From the NCBI GenBank assembly GCA_049889555.1, contig JBMHDE010000026.1, forward strand, positions 3,264 through 67,263: a stretch of 64,000 nucleotides of DNA, in the 5' to 3' direction. Below are positions 26,598-35,640 of this stretch, one piece after another. The DNA comes from Synechococcus sp. (lineage in GTDB: Bacteria > Cyanobacteriota > Cyanobacteriia > PCC-6307 > Cyanobiaceae). The notes beneath the pieces were generated by a model. It was given only the letters and a program-made list of their open reading frames with translations, had not been told where the DNA came from and made no database searches. Position 1 is the stretch's first letter, and each line of letters begins with the position of its first letter. A program made the position numbers and the translations under genes.

Positions 26598-27830
26598 ATG
26601 TTGACTAACCCAGAGGCGAGTCAAAGCCCTGGCGAACAGGACCTGCTCGCCCACCTGCGTCAATCGCTTGCATTATTGCGCGTTGCGTTCGACAGCACCG
26701 ACGAGATGATGCTGATTACCGACCACCAGCGGCGTATTCAATGGGCTAACCAAAAAGCTGCTGATTGTTTTGGGACCGGGGCCGCAGATGTCTTGGTCGG
26801 CAAAACGCTGGAACAATGCATTCAATGGCAACCATTGGATCAAAACAAACCATCCAACCCATTCGATCAACAAGCGAGCACAATTCAAACTGAAGCCATT
26901 TTTACATGCTCAGAAGGTGAGCAACAGCTGCGGATCATTGCCCACAACAAACGCGCGAAACATACAAACTCTTTTACTGGAAGGCTGTCCTGGCGCCAGA
27001 TCAAGAATAGGTCAGACACCTTTTTACTCATTATCATCAGAGATCTCGACCCCATCGAGCAAAGCCTGCACCGCCAACGCACATTCATTCAATCCTTAGC
27101 CCACGAACTACGCACTCCCCTGGCATTACTGGCAGGAAATCTGATGCGGGTGTGCCGCTTGATTGAAACGTCAGATCCAGCGCGACTCAAACTCGAAACG
27201 GCCCAACAAGAAACCCGTCGCCTCGGGCGTCTGGTAGACAAATTAATGTTGATGTCAGACCTGGAAACAGGTTGTTATCCCTGGACCTGGGAGATTGTGT
27301 CGTTGGACTATGCCCTGCACAGCTGGCAACAAACTCTGAACAGAAAAAAACGCGCGCATTTAACCATTCGGCCCATCATTCAATCCAATCAACCGAATCC
27401 ATTGATCCGCATCGACAAGCATGCATTCTGCCTTGCCATGGGTCAACTATTTGAAAACAGCTTACATTTCAGTGATGGTAAAGCATCAATAGTGATCGAT
27501 GCAGAAACAACCGACGACCATTTAATTGTGCACTTCCAAGATTCAGGCCCTGGCATCAAAAGCACGGATCAAGATCAAATCATGCGCATTTTTGAGCGAT
27601 TTCAACGGCTCGAACAGCACCGCACATCCCACCGCGTTGAAGGTGGTGGCTTGGGCCTAGCCCTAGCCAAAGATTTAATTGAAGGCATGGGAGGCACCCT
27701 GCAGCTCGCCACACCATCGCCAGGAGCCCCTGGGACCGCGAAGGGATGCAAATTTTCCCTCACGCTGCAGCGGGCGAAAGACGATCAGCCAAGGGCCACA
27801 CAGACTCAAGCCTGGAGACCCGTGATGTGA
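26598..27830 (+). CDS. soluble sensor histidine kinase (PAS-like N-terminal domain, HisKA, HATPase_c)
   Basis: H-box FIQSLAHELRTPLALL, N-box QLFENSLHFS, G1 FQDSGPGI, G2 GGGLGLALAKDL. No TM segment. Start placed at ATG 26598 (the ORF track starts at GTG 26475). Sampled lines are ~43-47% GC. Confidence 0.8.
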   Translation: MLTNPEASQSPGEQDLLAHLRQSLALLRVAFDSTDEMMLITDHQRRIQWANQKAADCFGTGAADVLVGKTLEQCIQWQPLDQNKPSNPFDQQASTIQTEAIFTCSEGEQQLRIIAHNKRAKHTNSFTGRLSWRQIKNRSDTFLLIIIRDLDPIEQSLHRQRTFIQSLAHELRTPLALLAGNLMRVCRLIETSDPARLKLETAQQETRRLGRLVDKLMLMSDLETGCYPWTWEIVSLDYALHSWQQTLNRKKRAHLTIRPIIQSNQPNPLIRIDKHAFCLAMGQLFENSLHFSDGKASIVIDAETTDDHLIVHFQDSGPGIKSTDQDQIMRIFERFQRLEQHRTSHRVEGGGLGLALAKDLIEGMGGTLQLATPSPGAPGTAKGCKFSLTLQRAKDDQPRATQTQAWRPVM

Positions 27831-28240
27831 CGACTGAGCAAACGCGGCAACATCTCAAACAGTTGCGGCTTTGAAACGAAGTCGCTCGCTCCAGCCCCCA
27901 GCACACGCTGGCGGCAACTGAAATCGCCATGGGCGGTCATCACGATCACAGGAATTGTGCAATGCTGATCGCGTAAAACGCTCAAGCACGTAAAGCCATC
28001 CATCACTGGCATCGTCAGATCAAGCAAGATCAAAGCCACCTGTTGCTGCTGAAGGAGAGCGATCAGCTCAGTACCGTTGTCACACAACACGGGGGTAACG
28101 CCAAGATCCTGCAGTTCTTCTTGCAGCAGGTCTCGAAGCCGTGGGTCATCTTCCACGACAGCCACCTGAGGGGTTCCGAGTAGGGGGATCAGATCCTCTG
28201 AAATGGGACAAAAGAAAAAAGCACCCTCATCTTGACCCAA
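27806..28240 (-). CDS. single-domain (CheY-like) response regulator
   Basis: VAVVEDD, ALILLDLTMPVMDG, VIVMTAHGD and SKP give a complete receiver signature with no output domain. No in-frame ATG: candidate starts are TTG 28240 and GTG 28165 or 28156. The 3' end overlaps the kinase gene by 25 nt. Confidence 0.8.
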   Translation of the reverse strand: MGQDEGAFFFCPISEDLIPLLGTPQVAVVEDDPRLRDLLQEELQDLGVTPVLCDNGTELIALLQQQQVALILLDLTMPVMDGFTCLSVLRDQHCTIPVIVMTAHGDFSCRQRVLGAGASDFVSKPQLFEMLPRLLSRHITGLQA

Positions 28241-28264
28241 AGACGATGCAGAGAGTGAAAAAAA

Positions 28265-28336
28265 TGGGTCGCCTGAGATTCGAACTCAGGACCAGCCGGT
28301 TAAAAGCCGGATGCTCTACCGCTGAGCTAGCGACCC
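28265..28336 (-). tRNA. tRNA-Lys (anticodon UUU)
   Basis: Reverse complement GGGUCGC UA GCUC AGCGGUA GAGC A UCCGG CUUUUAA CCGGC UGGUC CUGAG UUCGAAU CUCAG GCGACCC A. 72 nt. Confidence 0.9.
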
Positions 28337-28427
28337 TTCAAGAACCTGGCGTAATGCCTCGGATCAGGTGTGCCCTAAGCACCAAACGAAGGTATCACCC
28401 GGCGCCACCCTCCTCCAAGAGAGGGCT

Positions 28428-29018
28428 ATGGCTGAGAGGCTGAACAACCAAAGCACCTCGCCCCTATGGGCTCTAACGATGGTCTCTCGCTCCACCGATG
28501 CCTGGCCAGACCCACAGATTTCAGCCGGAGCCTGGGTGGCACGTAGCGCTGTGGTGATTGGTGATGTGCACATGGCGCCAGGCAGCAGCTTGTGGCCCAC
28601 CGCCGTTGCCCGCGCTGATCTCAGCACCATCACCATCGGAGAAGGCAGCAACGTGCAAGATGGCGCCGTTCTGCATGGCGATCCTGGAGAGCCTGTTCGT
28701 ATTGGTCGAAATGTCACCGTCGGGCACCGGGCGGTGGTTCACGGCGCGACCTTGGAGGAGGGGTGCTTGGTCGGAATTGGAGCCGTTGTCCTGAACGGAG
28801 TCACCATTGGCGAGGGTGCACTGGTTGCAGCAGGAGCAGTCGTCACCAAAGACGTGCCTTCACGCACCTTGGTGGCTGGCATCCCGGCCCAGGTCAAGCG
28901 GGAGCTCACGGCGGAAACAGCACACCAACAGATCCAACACTCCATCCGTTACAGCGAACTTGCCCAACAGCATGCAACCCACGAGCAGCGCCAAATGCTG
29001 CAAAACCAAACGAGCTGA
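28428..29018 (+). CDS. gamma-carbonic-anhydrase-like hexapeptide-repeat (LbH) protein
   Basis: Left-handed beta-helix repeats ..VIGDVHMAPGSSLWPTAVARAD..ITIGEGSNVQDGAVLHGD..VGHRAVVHGATLEEGCLVGIGAVVLNGVTIGEGALVAAGAVV. Start placed at ATG 28428. Confidence 0.8.
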   Translation: MAERLNNQSTSPLWALTMVSRSTDAWPDPQISAGAWVARSAVVIGDVHMAPGSSLWPTAVARADLSTITIGEGSNVQDGAVLHGDPGEPVRIGRNVTVGHRAVVHGATLEEGCLVGIGAVVLNGVTIGEGALVAAGAVVTKDVPSRTLVAGIPAQVKRELTAETAHQQIQHSIRYSELAQQHATHEQRQMLQNQTS

Positions 29019-29079
29019 ACTAACAGCTCTCTTGACGGCAACGAGGTCCTTAAGATCAACGAAATTTTCTGACGCATTC

Positions 29080-29202
29080 ATGGACCTCCGGCTCGTCCTC
29101 GTGGCTTCTCCGATCCTGCTGGCGTTGGGCTGGGCTGGGTTCAACATCGGCCGTGCCGCCGTCGGTCAGCTCCAGCTGATGATCAAGCGCAGCCGAGCCT
29201 GA
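29080..29202 (+). CDS. psbY: photosystem II protein Y
   Basis: The 40-aa product MDLRLVLVASPILLALGWAGFNIGRAAVGQLQLMIKRSRA matches cyanobacterial PsbY (MDWRV..GWA..NIG.AA..Q). It is hidden inside the longer ORF 28807..29202. Confidence 0.8.
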   Translation: MDLRLVLVASPILLALGWAGFNIGRAAVGQLQLMIKRSRA

Positions 29203-29244
29203 TCCAGCCCTCCCTAAGGTTGAGAATCAGCGACACTCTCACCC

Positions 29245-30627
29245 TTGAGCACAGCATCAACCGTCGTCGTGATCGGTGCTGGCCTTGCTGGCACCGAGGC
29301 GGCTTGGCAAATCGCCAAGGCTGGGGTCAGCGTTCGCTTAATTGAGATGCGGCCGGTCAAGCGTTCACCAGCCCATCACAGCAGTGAGTTTGCTGAATTG
29401 GTGTGCAGCAATAGTTTTGGTGCACTCAGCAGTGATCGTGCCGCAGGATTACTGCAAGAAGAACTCAGGCGGTTGGGATCCCTGGTGATTCGCACAGCCG
29501 ATGCCCACGCCGTACCGGCTGGCGGAGCTCTTGCCGTCGACCGCGGGCGTTACAGCGCCGCCCTCACGGCCACCCTCGATCAACACCCTCTGGTGAGCAT
29601 CGAGCGCCGTGAACAACTGGCATTGCCAGATCACGACCAGATCACCGTGCTGGCAACCGGTCCGCTCACCAGTGATGCCCTCGCCAATGATCTACGGGGT
29701 TTCACAGGCCGAGACGATTGCCATTTTTTTGATGCAGCCAGTCCCATCGTTGATGGCGAAAGCATCGACAGGGAAAAAGCCTTTCGAGCCAGTCGTTACG
29801 ACAAAGGCGATGCTGATTACATCAACTGCCCGATGAATCAGGAGGAATACCGCACATTTCGTGAGGCACTGCTCGACGCTGAACAAGCTGAGTTAAAGGA
29901 TTTTGAACAAGAGAACGCCATCTTTTTTGAAGGTTGTTTACCCATCGAGGAATTAGCCCGCCGCGGTGAAGACACCATGCGCTACGGCCCGCTCAAACCC
30001 ATTGGTCTCTGGGACCCCCGATGGGGAGATGTGAATGATCGGGACGTGCGCAGGGCCAAGCGCGCCCATGCGGTGGTGCAACTTCGCCAGGAAGACAAAG
30101 ATGGACGCCTCTGGAATCTGGTGGGATTCCAAACCAATCTCAAATGGGGAGAACAGAAACGGGTTTGGCGGCTAATCCCCGGCCTTGAACAAGCGGAATT
30201 TGTGCGGTTTGGCGTCATGCACCGCAACACATTCCTCAAAGCACCCGAGCTGCTGCAACCAACACTGCAATTCCGCCGGCGCGAACGGCTGCTCGCCGCA
30301 GGGCAAATCACCGGAACTGAGGGGTATGCCGCTGCAGTGGCTGGCGGTTGGCTGGCAGGAACCAATGCCGCAAGGCTTGCCACGGGGCAGGAACCGATCA
30401 CCCTGCCGCCCACCTGCATGATTGGAGCCCTCACCCACTTCATCAGTGGGGCCCCCTCCGGAAAATTCCAGCCGATGCCGCCCAATTTCGGCCTGTTGCC
30501 TGAGCTCCCTGAGCGGATCCGCGACAAGCGCCGCCGTTATGGCGCCTATCGCGACAGAGCCCTCAATGACCTTGCCAGCGCCACCGCAGCCTCATCAAGC
30601 CCCGTGCACAGACAGCTCCTCTGTTAG
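29245..30627 (+). CDS. trmFO: methylenetetrahydrofolate-tRNA-(uracil54-C5)-methyltransferase
   Basis: 460 aa. [40 protein letters not shown] is typical of TrmFO/Gid. TTG start. Confidence 0.9.
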   Translation: MSTASTVVVIGAGLAGTEAAWQIAKAGVSVRLIEMRPVKRSPAHHSSEFAELVCSNSFGALSSDRAAGLLQEELRRLGSLVIRTADAHAVPAGGALAVDRGRYSAALTATLDQHPLVSIERREQLALPDHDQITVLATGPLTSDALANDLRGFTGRDDCHFFDAASPIVDGESIDREKAFRASRYDKGDADYINCPMNQEEYRTFREALLDAEQAELKDFEQENAIFFEGCLPIEELARRGEDTMRYGPLKPIGLWDPRWGDVNDRDVRRAKRAHAVVQLRQEDKDGRLWNLVGFQTNLKWGEQKRVWRLIPGLEQAEFVRFGVMHRNTFLKAPELLQPTLQFRRRERLLAAGQITGTEGYAAAVAGGWLAGTNAARLATGQEPITLPPTCMIGALTHFISGAPSGKFQPMPPNFGLLPELPERIRDKRRRYGAYRDRALNDLASATAASSSPVHRQLLC

Positions 30628-30706
30628 CCGCATGGGAGTGGTGGTGGTGAACTCACTGCCGAGCCTGGTCAGCCTCTAAGGTTCCACCCTGAAGACAACA
30701 GCCATT

Positions 30707-32248
30707 GTGAGCAAGTCCGCCTGGGACGTGATCGTGATTGGATCCGGGATCGGCGGTCTGGTTACTGCCTCCCAACTCGCGGCCAAGGGGGCCAAAACCT
30801 TGGTGCTCGAGAGATATGTGATCCCAGGGGGATCTGGAGGACGCTTCCAACGACAGGGCTACACCTTTGACGTTGGCGCCTCGATGATCTTTGGATTCGG
30901 GGAGCACGGCCACACCAATCTGCTCACGCGGGCCCTCGCCGATGTCGGGCAATCCTGCGACACCGTGCCCGATCCGGTGCAGCTGAATTATCACCTTCCT
31001 GACGGGTTGACCATGGCTGTCGACCGGGACTATGACAGCTTCATTGCTCGCATGAGCGATCGCTTCCCCCATGAAGCCAAGGGGATCAAAGCGTTTTACA
31101 ACACCTGTTGGGACGTGTTCCGCTGTCTGGACGCGATGCCCCTGCTTTCGCTGGAAGACCCGGCATACCTAGCCAAGGTGTTCTTCCGAGCACCATTGGC
31201 CTGCCTAGGACTCGCCCGTTGGTTGCCCTTCAATGTGGGCGATGTAGCCCGCAAACACCTTCGTGATCAGGATCTGTTGCGGCTGATCGACATGGAGTGT
31301 TTCTGCTGGTCAGTGATGCCAGCTGATCGCACCCCAATGATCAACGCCGGCATGGTGTTTTCAGATCGCCATGCCGGTGGCATCAACTATCCCAAGGGTG
31401 GCGTCGGCGTCATCGCAGACAAATTGGTGGCGGGTTTGGAAGCCCATGGCGGAACCATTCGCTACAAGGCCCGGGTCACCAAGGTGCTGGTAGAGAACGG
31501 AGTGGCGACCGGTGTACGCCTTGCCGATGGGGAAGAAATCCGAGCGCGACGCGTGGTCAGCAATGCCACGCGATGGGATACGTTCGCCGGCCAAGAATCA
31601 CCGAACTCCACCTTGGTGGATGCCGAGCACACGCCCCCAGCGGAAGCCGCCTGGCGCCGCCGATATCAACCCGCCAGCTCCTTCCTTTCCCTTCATCTTG
31701 GCGTTGACGTCAAGGTCATTCCCGATGGCCTGCATTGCCATCACCTGGTGCTGGAAGATTGGCGCGCCATGGAGGCGGAACAGGGGGTGATCTTCGTGTC
31801 AATCCCCACCTTGCTCGATCCCTCGCTAGCGCCGGAAGGTCGCCACATCGTGCACACCTTCACGATGAGCGCCATCCGCCACTGGAGCCACCTCAGTCCC
31901 AAGGCCTATCAACTGAAAAAAGCATCCGATGCTGCACGCTTAATTGAGCGCCTCGAGGCCATTCTCCCGGGATTGGCTACGGCAATCGATGTGCAGGAAA
32001 TCGGCACACCCCGCACCCACCGGCGCTTCCTTGGCCGGATGGGAGGCAGTTATGGACCGATTCCCTCCAGGCGTCTGCCGGGCCTCCTGCCCATGCCTTT
32101 CAACCGCACCGGTTTGAAGCATCTCTATTGCGTTGGCGACTCCTGCTTCCCTGGGCAAGGACTTAATGCCGTGGCCTTCAGCGGCTATGCCTGCAGCCAC
32201 AGAATTGGCGCCGATCTCGGTCTCAATCGCTGGGCACTGCCGGCATGA
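30707..32248 (+). CDS. crtH: carotenoid (prolycopene) isomerase
   Basis: 513 aa. WDVIVIGSGIGGLVTASQLAAKGAKTLVLERYVIPGGSGG..FDVGASMIFGFGEHGHTNLLTRAL closely recalls cyanobacterial CrtH/CrtISO. Confidence 0.85.
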   Translation: MSKSAWDVIVIGSGIGGLVTASQLAAKGAKTLVLERYVIPGGSGGRFQRQGYTFDVGASMIFGFGEHGHTNLLTRALADVGQSCDTVPDPVQLNYHLPDGLTMAVDRDYDSFIARMSDRFPHEAKGIKAFYNTCWDVFRCLDAMPLLSLEDPAYLAKVFFRAPLACLGLARWLPFNVGDVARKHLRDQDLLRLIDMECFCWSVMPADRTPMINAGMVFSDRHAGGINYPKGGVGVIADKLVAGLEAHGGTIRYKARVTKVLVENGVATGVRLADGEEIRARRVVSNATRWDTFAGQESPNSTLVDAEHTPPAEAAWRRRYQPASSFLSLHLGVDVKVIPDGLHCHHLVLEDWRAMEAEQGVIFVSIPTLLDPSLAPEGRHIVHTFTMSAIRHWSHLSPKAYQLKKASDAARLIERLEAILPGLATAIDVQEIGTPRTHRRFLGRMGGSYGPIPSRRLPGLLPMPFNRTGLKHLYCVGDSCFPGQGLNAVAFSGYACSHRIGADLGLNRWALPA

Positions 32249-32309
32249 CCCCAAAACACACGAACGTGCTGATCACTCCCTAGGCTCCTGACATTGGCGA
32301 AGATCTGAT

Positions 32310-32594
32310 TTGAATCGCCCTGGGCAGCCTGGAGCCAATGACTTGGCGCGTTATCTCGAGAGTCGCGGTGAACTCAGCAAACCGTGGAATTTGCAGCTAC
32401 TCCGCCTCGCGAAACTCAAAGAAAGTCGTGATCAGATGAGTGCTGAGGAGTACCTGGCCGCGATTCAGGATGCCCATGCCGATTTGATGCGCTTGGGCGA
32501 GTTTTGGAAGGGTCGAGAGGCGGAGGTCTTTGGTGGTGCCTACCGACCCGCAGACATCCTCGAACCACAACCAGGTTCAGACGACGACCGCTGA
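32310..32594 (+). CDS. hypothetical protein
   Basis: 94-aa ORF with a TTG start and genome-typical composition. No domain recognised. Confidence 0.45.
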   Translation: MNRPGQPGANDLARYLESRGELSKPWNLQLLRLAKLKESRDQMSAEEYLAAIQDAHADLMRLGEFWKGREAEVFGGAYRPADILEPQPGSDDDR

Positions 32595-32613
32595 GTCCCA
32601 TCACTCTCTTGGC

Positions 32614-33168
32614 ATGACTGTTCCACGTCGCTTTCAACTTTCGCCGCTGATTCGTTTCACCCTGCTCGCGGTGTATCTGGCCTTGGTGCTGCCTCTCCCC
32701 CTCCTCGCACCAACAGAATTGCGGGGATGGCTGTTGGCGGCATCCATCGCAGGCCTCGCCTTGGTGTGGGCCCTGCTATCCGAACAGGTCACCGTCAGTG
32801 CCACCGGTTTAAAGGTGGGCTACCCCAGTTGGTGCAGCTGGTTGTTGCGCCGCGGATGGTACCTCGATTGGCCAGAGATCCGCGGATTGGTTCCTGTCGG
32901 GACCAGTCAGGGAGGAACGGTGTATTACTTCACCACCCACGACCAACGTCATCAATTGCTTCCCCAACGATTGGAGGCATTCCAGGACTTTCTCGACCTT
33001 GTGCAACAACAAACCAAACTCAACACCGCATCGATCGGACGCTTAACGCCGCCTTGGACCTATCAACTCCTGGCGGGGCTGGCGGTCGTGATGTTGGTCG
33101 GGGAAGCAGCCCTCGCTGTTGCCGTAGGGCAAGGCTGGCTGGCTATTCCGGCAAATGGTCCAGGCTGA
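32614..33168 (+). CDS. hypothetical membrane protein
   Basis: MTVPRRFQLSPLIRFTLLAVYLALVLPLPLLAP.. Several hydrophobic helices. Start placed at ATG 32614 inside ORF 32530..33168. Confidence 0.55.
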   Translation: MTVPRRFQLSPLIRFTLLAVYLALVLPLPLLAPTELRGWLLAASIAGLALVWALLSEQVTVSATGLKVGYPSWCSWLLRRGWYLDWPEIRGLVPVGTSQGGTVYYFTTHDQRHQLLPQRLEAFQDFLDLVQQQTKLNTASIGRLTPPWTYQLLAGLAVVMLVGEAALAVAVGQGWLAIPANGPG

Positions 33169-33919
33169 AGCGATAGCCCTGTTGACGCACGGTGGTGATG
33201 CCACCTCCGTCACCCAATCCGGCCTGCTCTAACTTGCGGCGCAACGTCAAAATCTGCGTATCGACGGACCGGGGACCGCCACTGAACGGGGGCCAGGCCA
33301 TCCGCAAGAGATCTTGGCGGCTGCGCACCACTCCCGGAGGCATCAAAAGAGCGCAAAGCAGGGCAAACTCACGCGGACTGAGTTCGACCGGTTGATCACG
33401 AAGCATCACCTGACGAAGCAGCAAGTGAACTTCCAGGGGGCCAACAGTGACGCGTTCCTGCAAGCCGGTGCGGCCACGTTTGAGCAATGTGCGGCAACGG
33501 GCCGCCAGTTCCTCCAAACCAAACGGTTTACGCAAGACATCGTCAGCCCCTTCATCGAGAAGACCGACCACAGGTTCTGCACCGCTGCGGGCCGTCAGCA
33601 CAATCACAGGGCAGCGCAGATGCTGGGCAAGGCGCAGTGCGGAACTGCGCTCCAACAGCTCTGCACTCACGAGCAGATCGGGAGATTGCTCTTGACACAC
33701 CTCCACAGCCTCTGCAGCGGTACCGACAGCGGCCGTCAGGTGCCCATCCTGGCGCAGACGCTGCACCAGCACGGTGCGCAGCGTGGGATGGGGCTCCACG
33801 ATGAGCACCCGCGATGGCTCCTTAGGAAGCGCCACTGCGGGCACTGGGTCGGAAGCCGGCGACTGCAGAACACCCGTCGGCATCAGTTCTCGGGATGAGG
33901 GGGTCACATCGCTTGACAT
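33143..33919 (-). CDS. OmpR/PhoB-family response regulator with degenerate (Asp-less) receiver domain
   Basis: 258 aa. The receiver-like segment RVLIVEPHP..PDLLVSAELL..VIVLTARSG..RKPF has Ala at the phospho-acceptor position. C-terminal winged helix ..LSPREFALLCALL..VDTQILTLRRKL..VRQQGYRF. Confidence 0.8.
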   Translation of the reverse strand: MSSDVTPSSRELMPTGVLQSPASDPVPAVALPKEPSRVLIVEPHPTLRTVLVQRLRQDGHLTAAVGTAAEAVEVCQEQSPDLLVSAELLERSSALRLAQHLRCPVIVLTARSGAEPVVGLLDEGADDVLRKPFGLEELAARCRTLLKRGRTGLQERVTVGPLEVHLLLRQVMLRDQPVELSPREFALLCALLMPPGVVRSRQDLLRMAWPPFSGGPRSVDTQILTLRRKLEQAGLGDGGGITTVRQQGYRFSLDHLPE

Positions 33920-33984
33920 TGAGTGCTTACGCTAAGCCCAATTCAATGGCACGCTGGTAGCAGAGGCTGCCGTCCTCACAGGTC

Positions 33985-34254
33985 ATGACATCCCTGCAAC
34001 ATCCACAAGCGATCCGACACTTCCAATCGCTTTGTGATGCCTGCCAGGAATTAACCCATCGCTACCACAGTCCATCCGAGCTGCGTCTTTACGCCGACGG
34101 CTACCTCCATGCCCTACGGCGCACCGAAAGCATTGAGTCACGCGAGCTCGCCAAGCTTGAATTGCTGATCGACCGTTGGATTCTTGACCCATCAAGTTTC
34201 ATCGGCCCAGATGGTGACATGGGCACGTTGTATCGCCAGCCTGAACTGAACTGA
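33985..34254 (+). CDS. hypothetical protein
   Basis: 89-aa ORF with an ATG start, divergent from the regulator gene. No domain recognised. Confidence 0.5.
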   Translation: MTSLQHPQAIRHFQSLCDACQELTHRYHSPSELRLYADGYLHALRRTESIESRELAKLELLIDRWILDPSSFIGPDGDMGTLYRQPELN

Positions 34255-34297
34255 ACTGCTGAGTTGCTCCGTTGCAATCGACCACCTCCTTCGTGGA

Positions 34298-34306
34298 GGG
34301 GGGGGG
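34298..34306. repeat. G9 homopolymer tract in intergenic DNA
   Basis: Nine consecutive G at 34298-34306, immediately 3' of a 5-bp hairpin (cctcc ttcgt ggagg). Confidence 0.9.
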
Positions 34307-34311
34307 AGGAG

Positions 34312-34333
34312 ATTTCAAGCAAGTGCTTGAAAT
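34312..34333. repeat. perfect 9-bp inverted repeat with 4-nt loop
   Basis: atttcaagc-aagt-gcttgaaat. Intergenic, between two convergent genes. Confidence 0.9.
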
Positions 34334-34369
34334 GCAAACACAACGCATCAAACCCTTCTTGAAACGATC

Positions 34370-34393
34370 AAAAAAAGAGCCCATGCAGGGCTC
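34370..34393 (-). terminator. rho-independent terminator of the bolA-grx transcription unit
   Basis: On the minus strand: GAGCCC-ugcau-GGGCUC followed by U7. 30 nt after the grx stop. Confidence 0.65.
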
Positions 34394-34422
34394 CTCACAA
34401 TCTTTCAATAGTGGTTGAGCCC

Positions 34423-34746
34423 TCAGCTGGCGAGAGCAATTTCCAACTTTTCTTTGAGCTCACCCGAGTTGTACATCTCAATCAAAATATCGGACCCACC
34501 GATAAATTCTCCCTTCACATAAACCTGAGGGATTGTGGGCCATTCGGAAAATTCCTTGATGCCCTGACGCACCTCCATATCAGACAGCACATCGAAGGTC
34601 TCGAAGGTCATCCCCATGGCGTTGAGAATCTGCACAACATTATTGGAGAAACCGCACTGCGGCATCAATTTCGTACCCTTCATAAAGACAAAGATGGGGC
34701 TGGATTGAATCAGGGTTTCAATGCGTGCCTTGATCTGGCTATCCAT
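34423..34746 (-). CDS. grxD: monothiol (CGFS) glutaredoxin, Grx4/GrxD type
   Basis: ..PIFVFMKGTKLMPQCGFSNNVVQIL..WPTIPQVYVKGEFIGGSDI. Start placed at ATG 34746. Confidence 0.85.
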   Translation of the reverse strand: MDSQIKARIETLIQSSPIFVFMKGTKLMPQCGFSNNVVQILNAMGMTFETFDVLSDMEVRQGIKEFSEWPTIPQVYVKGEFIGGSDILIEMYNSGELKEKLEIALAS

Positions 34747-34781
34747 CAGAAATCGAAAGTGGAGGGATTGAAGCGAAAAAT

Positions 34782-35015
34782 TCAATCGGGTGTGGATGTG
34801 TTGAGAGCTAGGGCGTGGATTGCCTCACTCGCAAGCTGATCACGCAGGGCGCCATACACAAGCTGATGCTGTTTAATCCGTGAAAGACCAGCAAATCCTG
34901 AAGACACCACAGTGACCTGGAGGTGATCGCCACCCCCTGTCAAATCTTCAATGTCCACCTTGGCATCAGGCAGGGACTGGCGAATCGCCGCTGCCACCGC
35001 GTCGGGTTGAACCAT
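34782..35015 (-). CDS. BolA-family protein
   Basis: 77 aa. ..[40 protein letters not shown] is typical of BolA/IbaG. Adjacent to its usual partner, the CGFS glutaredoxin. Confidence 0.8.
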   Translation of the reverse strand: MVQPDAVAAAIRQSLPDAKVDIEDLTGGGDHLQVTVVSSGFAGLSRIKQHQLVYGALRDQLASEAIHALALNTSTPD

Positions 35016-35070
35016 GGTTAAGGGGACGACTGAAGGTGATGCTGCCAGATCGATCAGATCGGCGGAGTCG

Positions 35071-35613
35071 TCAGTTTTCACCAACCCTAGAGGCCGCAAA
35101 CGGGGTTTCAACGAAGCCCAGCTCCAACAGGCTCTGGTAAGCCTTTTGCCCTTGAGGATTGGTGGGCGTCATCAAACGCACGACCTCAACGAGCACAGGC
35201 ACGGCGACTTCAGGTTGATTCTGACGCCGAAACAAAGCTGCCAAGCGCAAGTTGGAATCTGCCAACAGACCCAATGCCGCACGGCCCTTGGTGTCCATTT
35301 CCCTTGGAATGCGCGCATCCAAACCACGAAACGCGCCGCTGAGGTCGCGATAAAACGCCAACAGCTGCTTGGACGCAGCACGCGCTTTGTCGTAGTCCTG
35401 ACGAGCTTGTTCCAAGTTGCCAGACGCACTAGCAGCGTCACCACGGTCGAGCAAAGCCTGCACCGCAGCGGTGTTGAAACCAGCGTCTTCAGCAGCCAGC
35501 ACTTTGGTGGCTTGTACAACCCCCTGATCAGCAGACTGCGCGAACACCGCAGAAGGAGTTCCCGCCAGGCCGGCGACCAATGCGAGGGCAGTCAAGGAAA
35601 GCCGGGAACGCAT
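35071..35613 (-). CDS. hypothetical exported protein
   Basis: 180 aa. Signal peptide [25 protein letters not shown], followed by a helical, TPR-like composition. Confidence 0.6.
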   Translation of the reverse strand: MRSRLSLTALALVAGLAGTPSAVFAQSADQGVVQATKVLAAEDAGFNTAAVQALLDRGDAASASGNLEQARQDYDKARAASKQLLAFYRDLSGAFRGLDARIPREMDTKGRAALGLLADSNLRLAALFRRQNQPEVAVPVLVEVVRLMTPTNPQGQKAYQSLLELGFVETPFAASRVGEN

Positions 35614-35640
35614 GAACCATGCACAACGTTTGGGCGGACT

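Noticed and set aside
25401-28336. Prophage, tycheposon or integrative element at the tRNA genes
   Set aside because: I found no integrase, recombinase, excisionase, replication or capsid gene and no recognisable duplicated tRNA 3' fragment by eye. Only the weaker island interpretation is retained.
34391-34399. CUCCUCACA, which resembles the conserved single-stranded motif of the cyanobacterial sRNA Yfr1
   Set aside because: The first bases are part of the grx terminator stem. No downstream stem-loop with a U-tail follows on the + strand. The genomic context does not match what I recall for Yfr1. I judge the 9-nt match to be chance.
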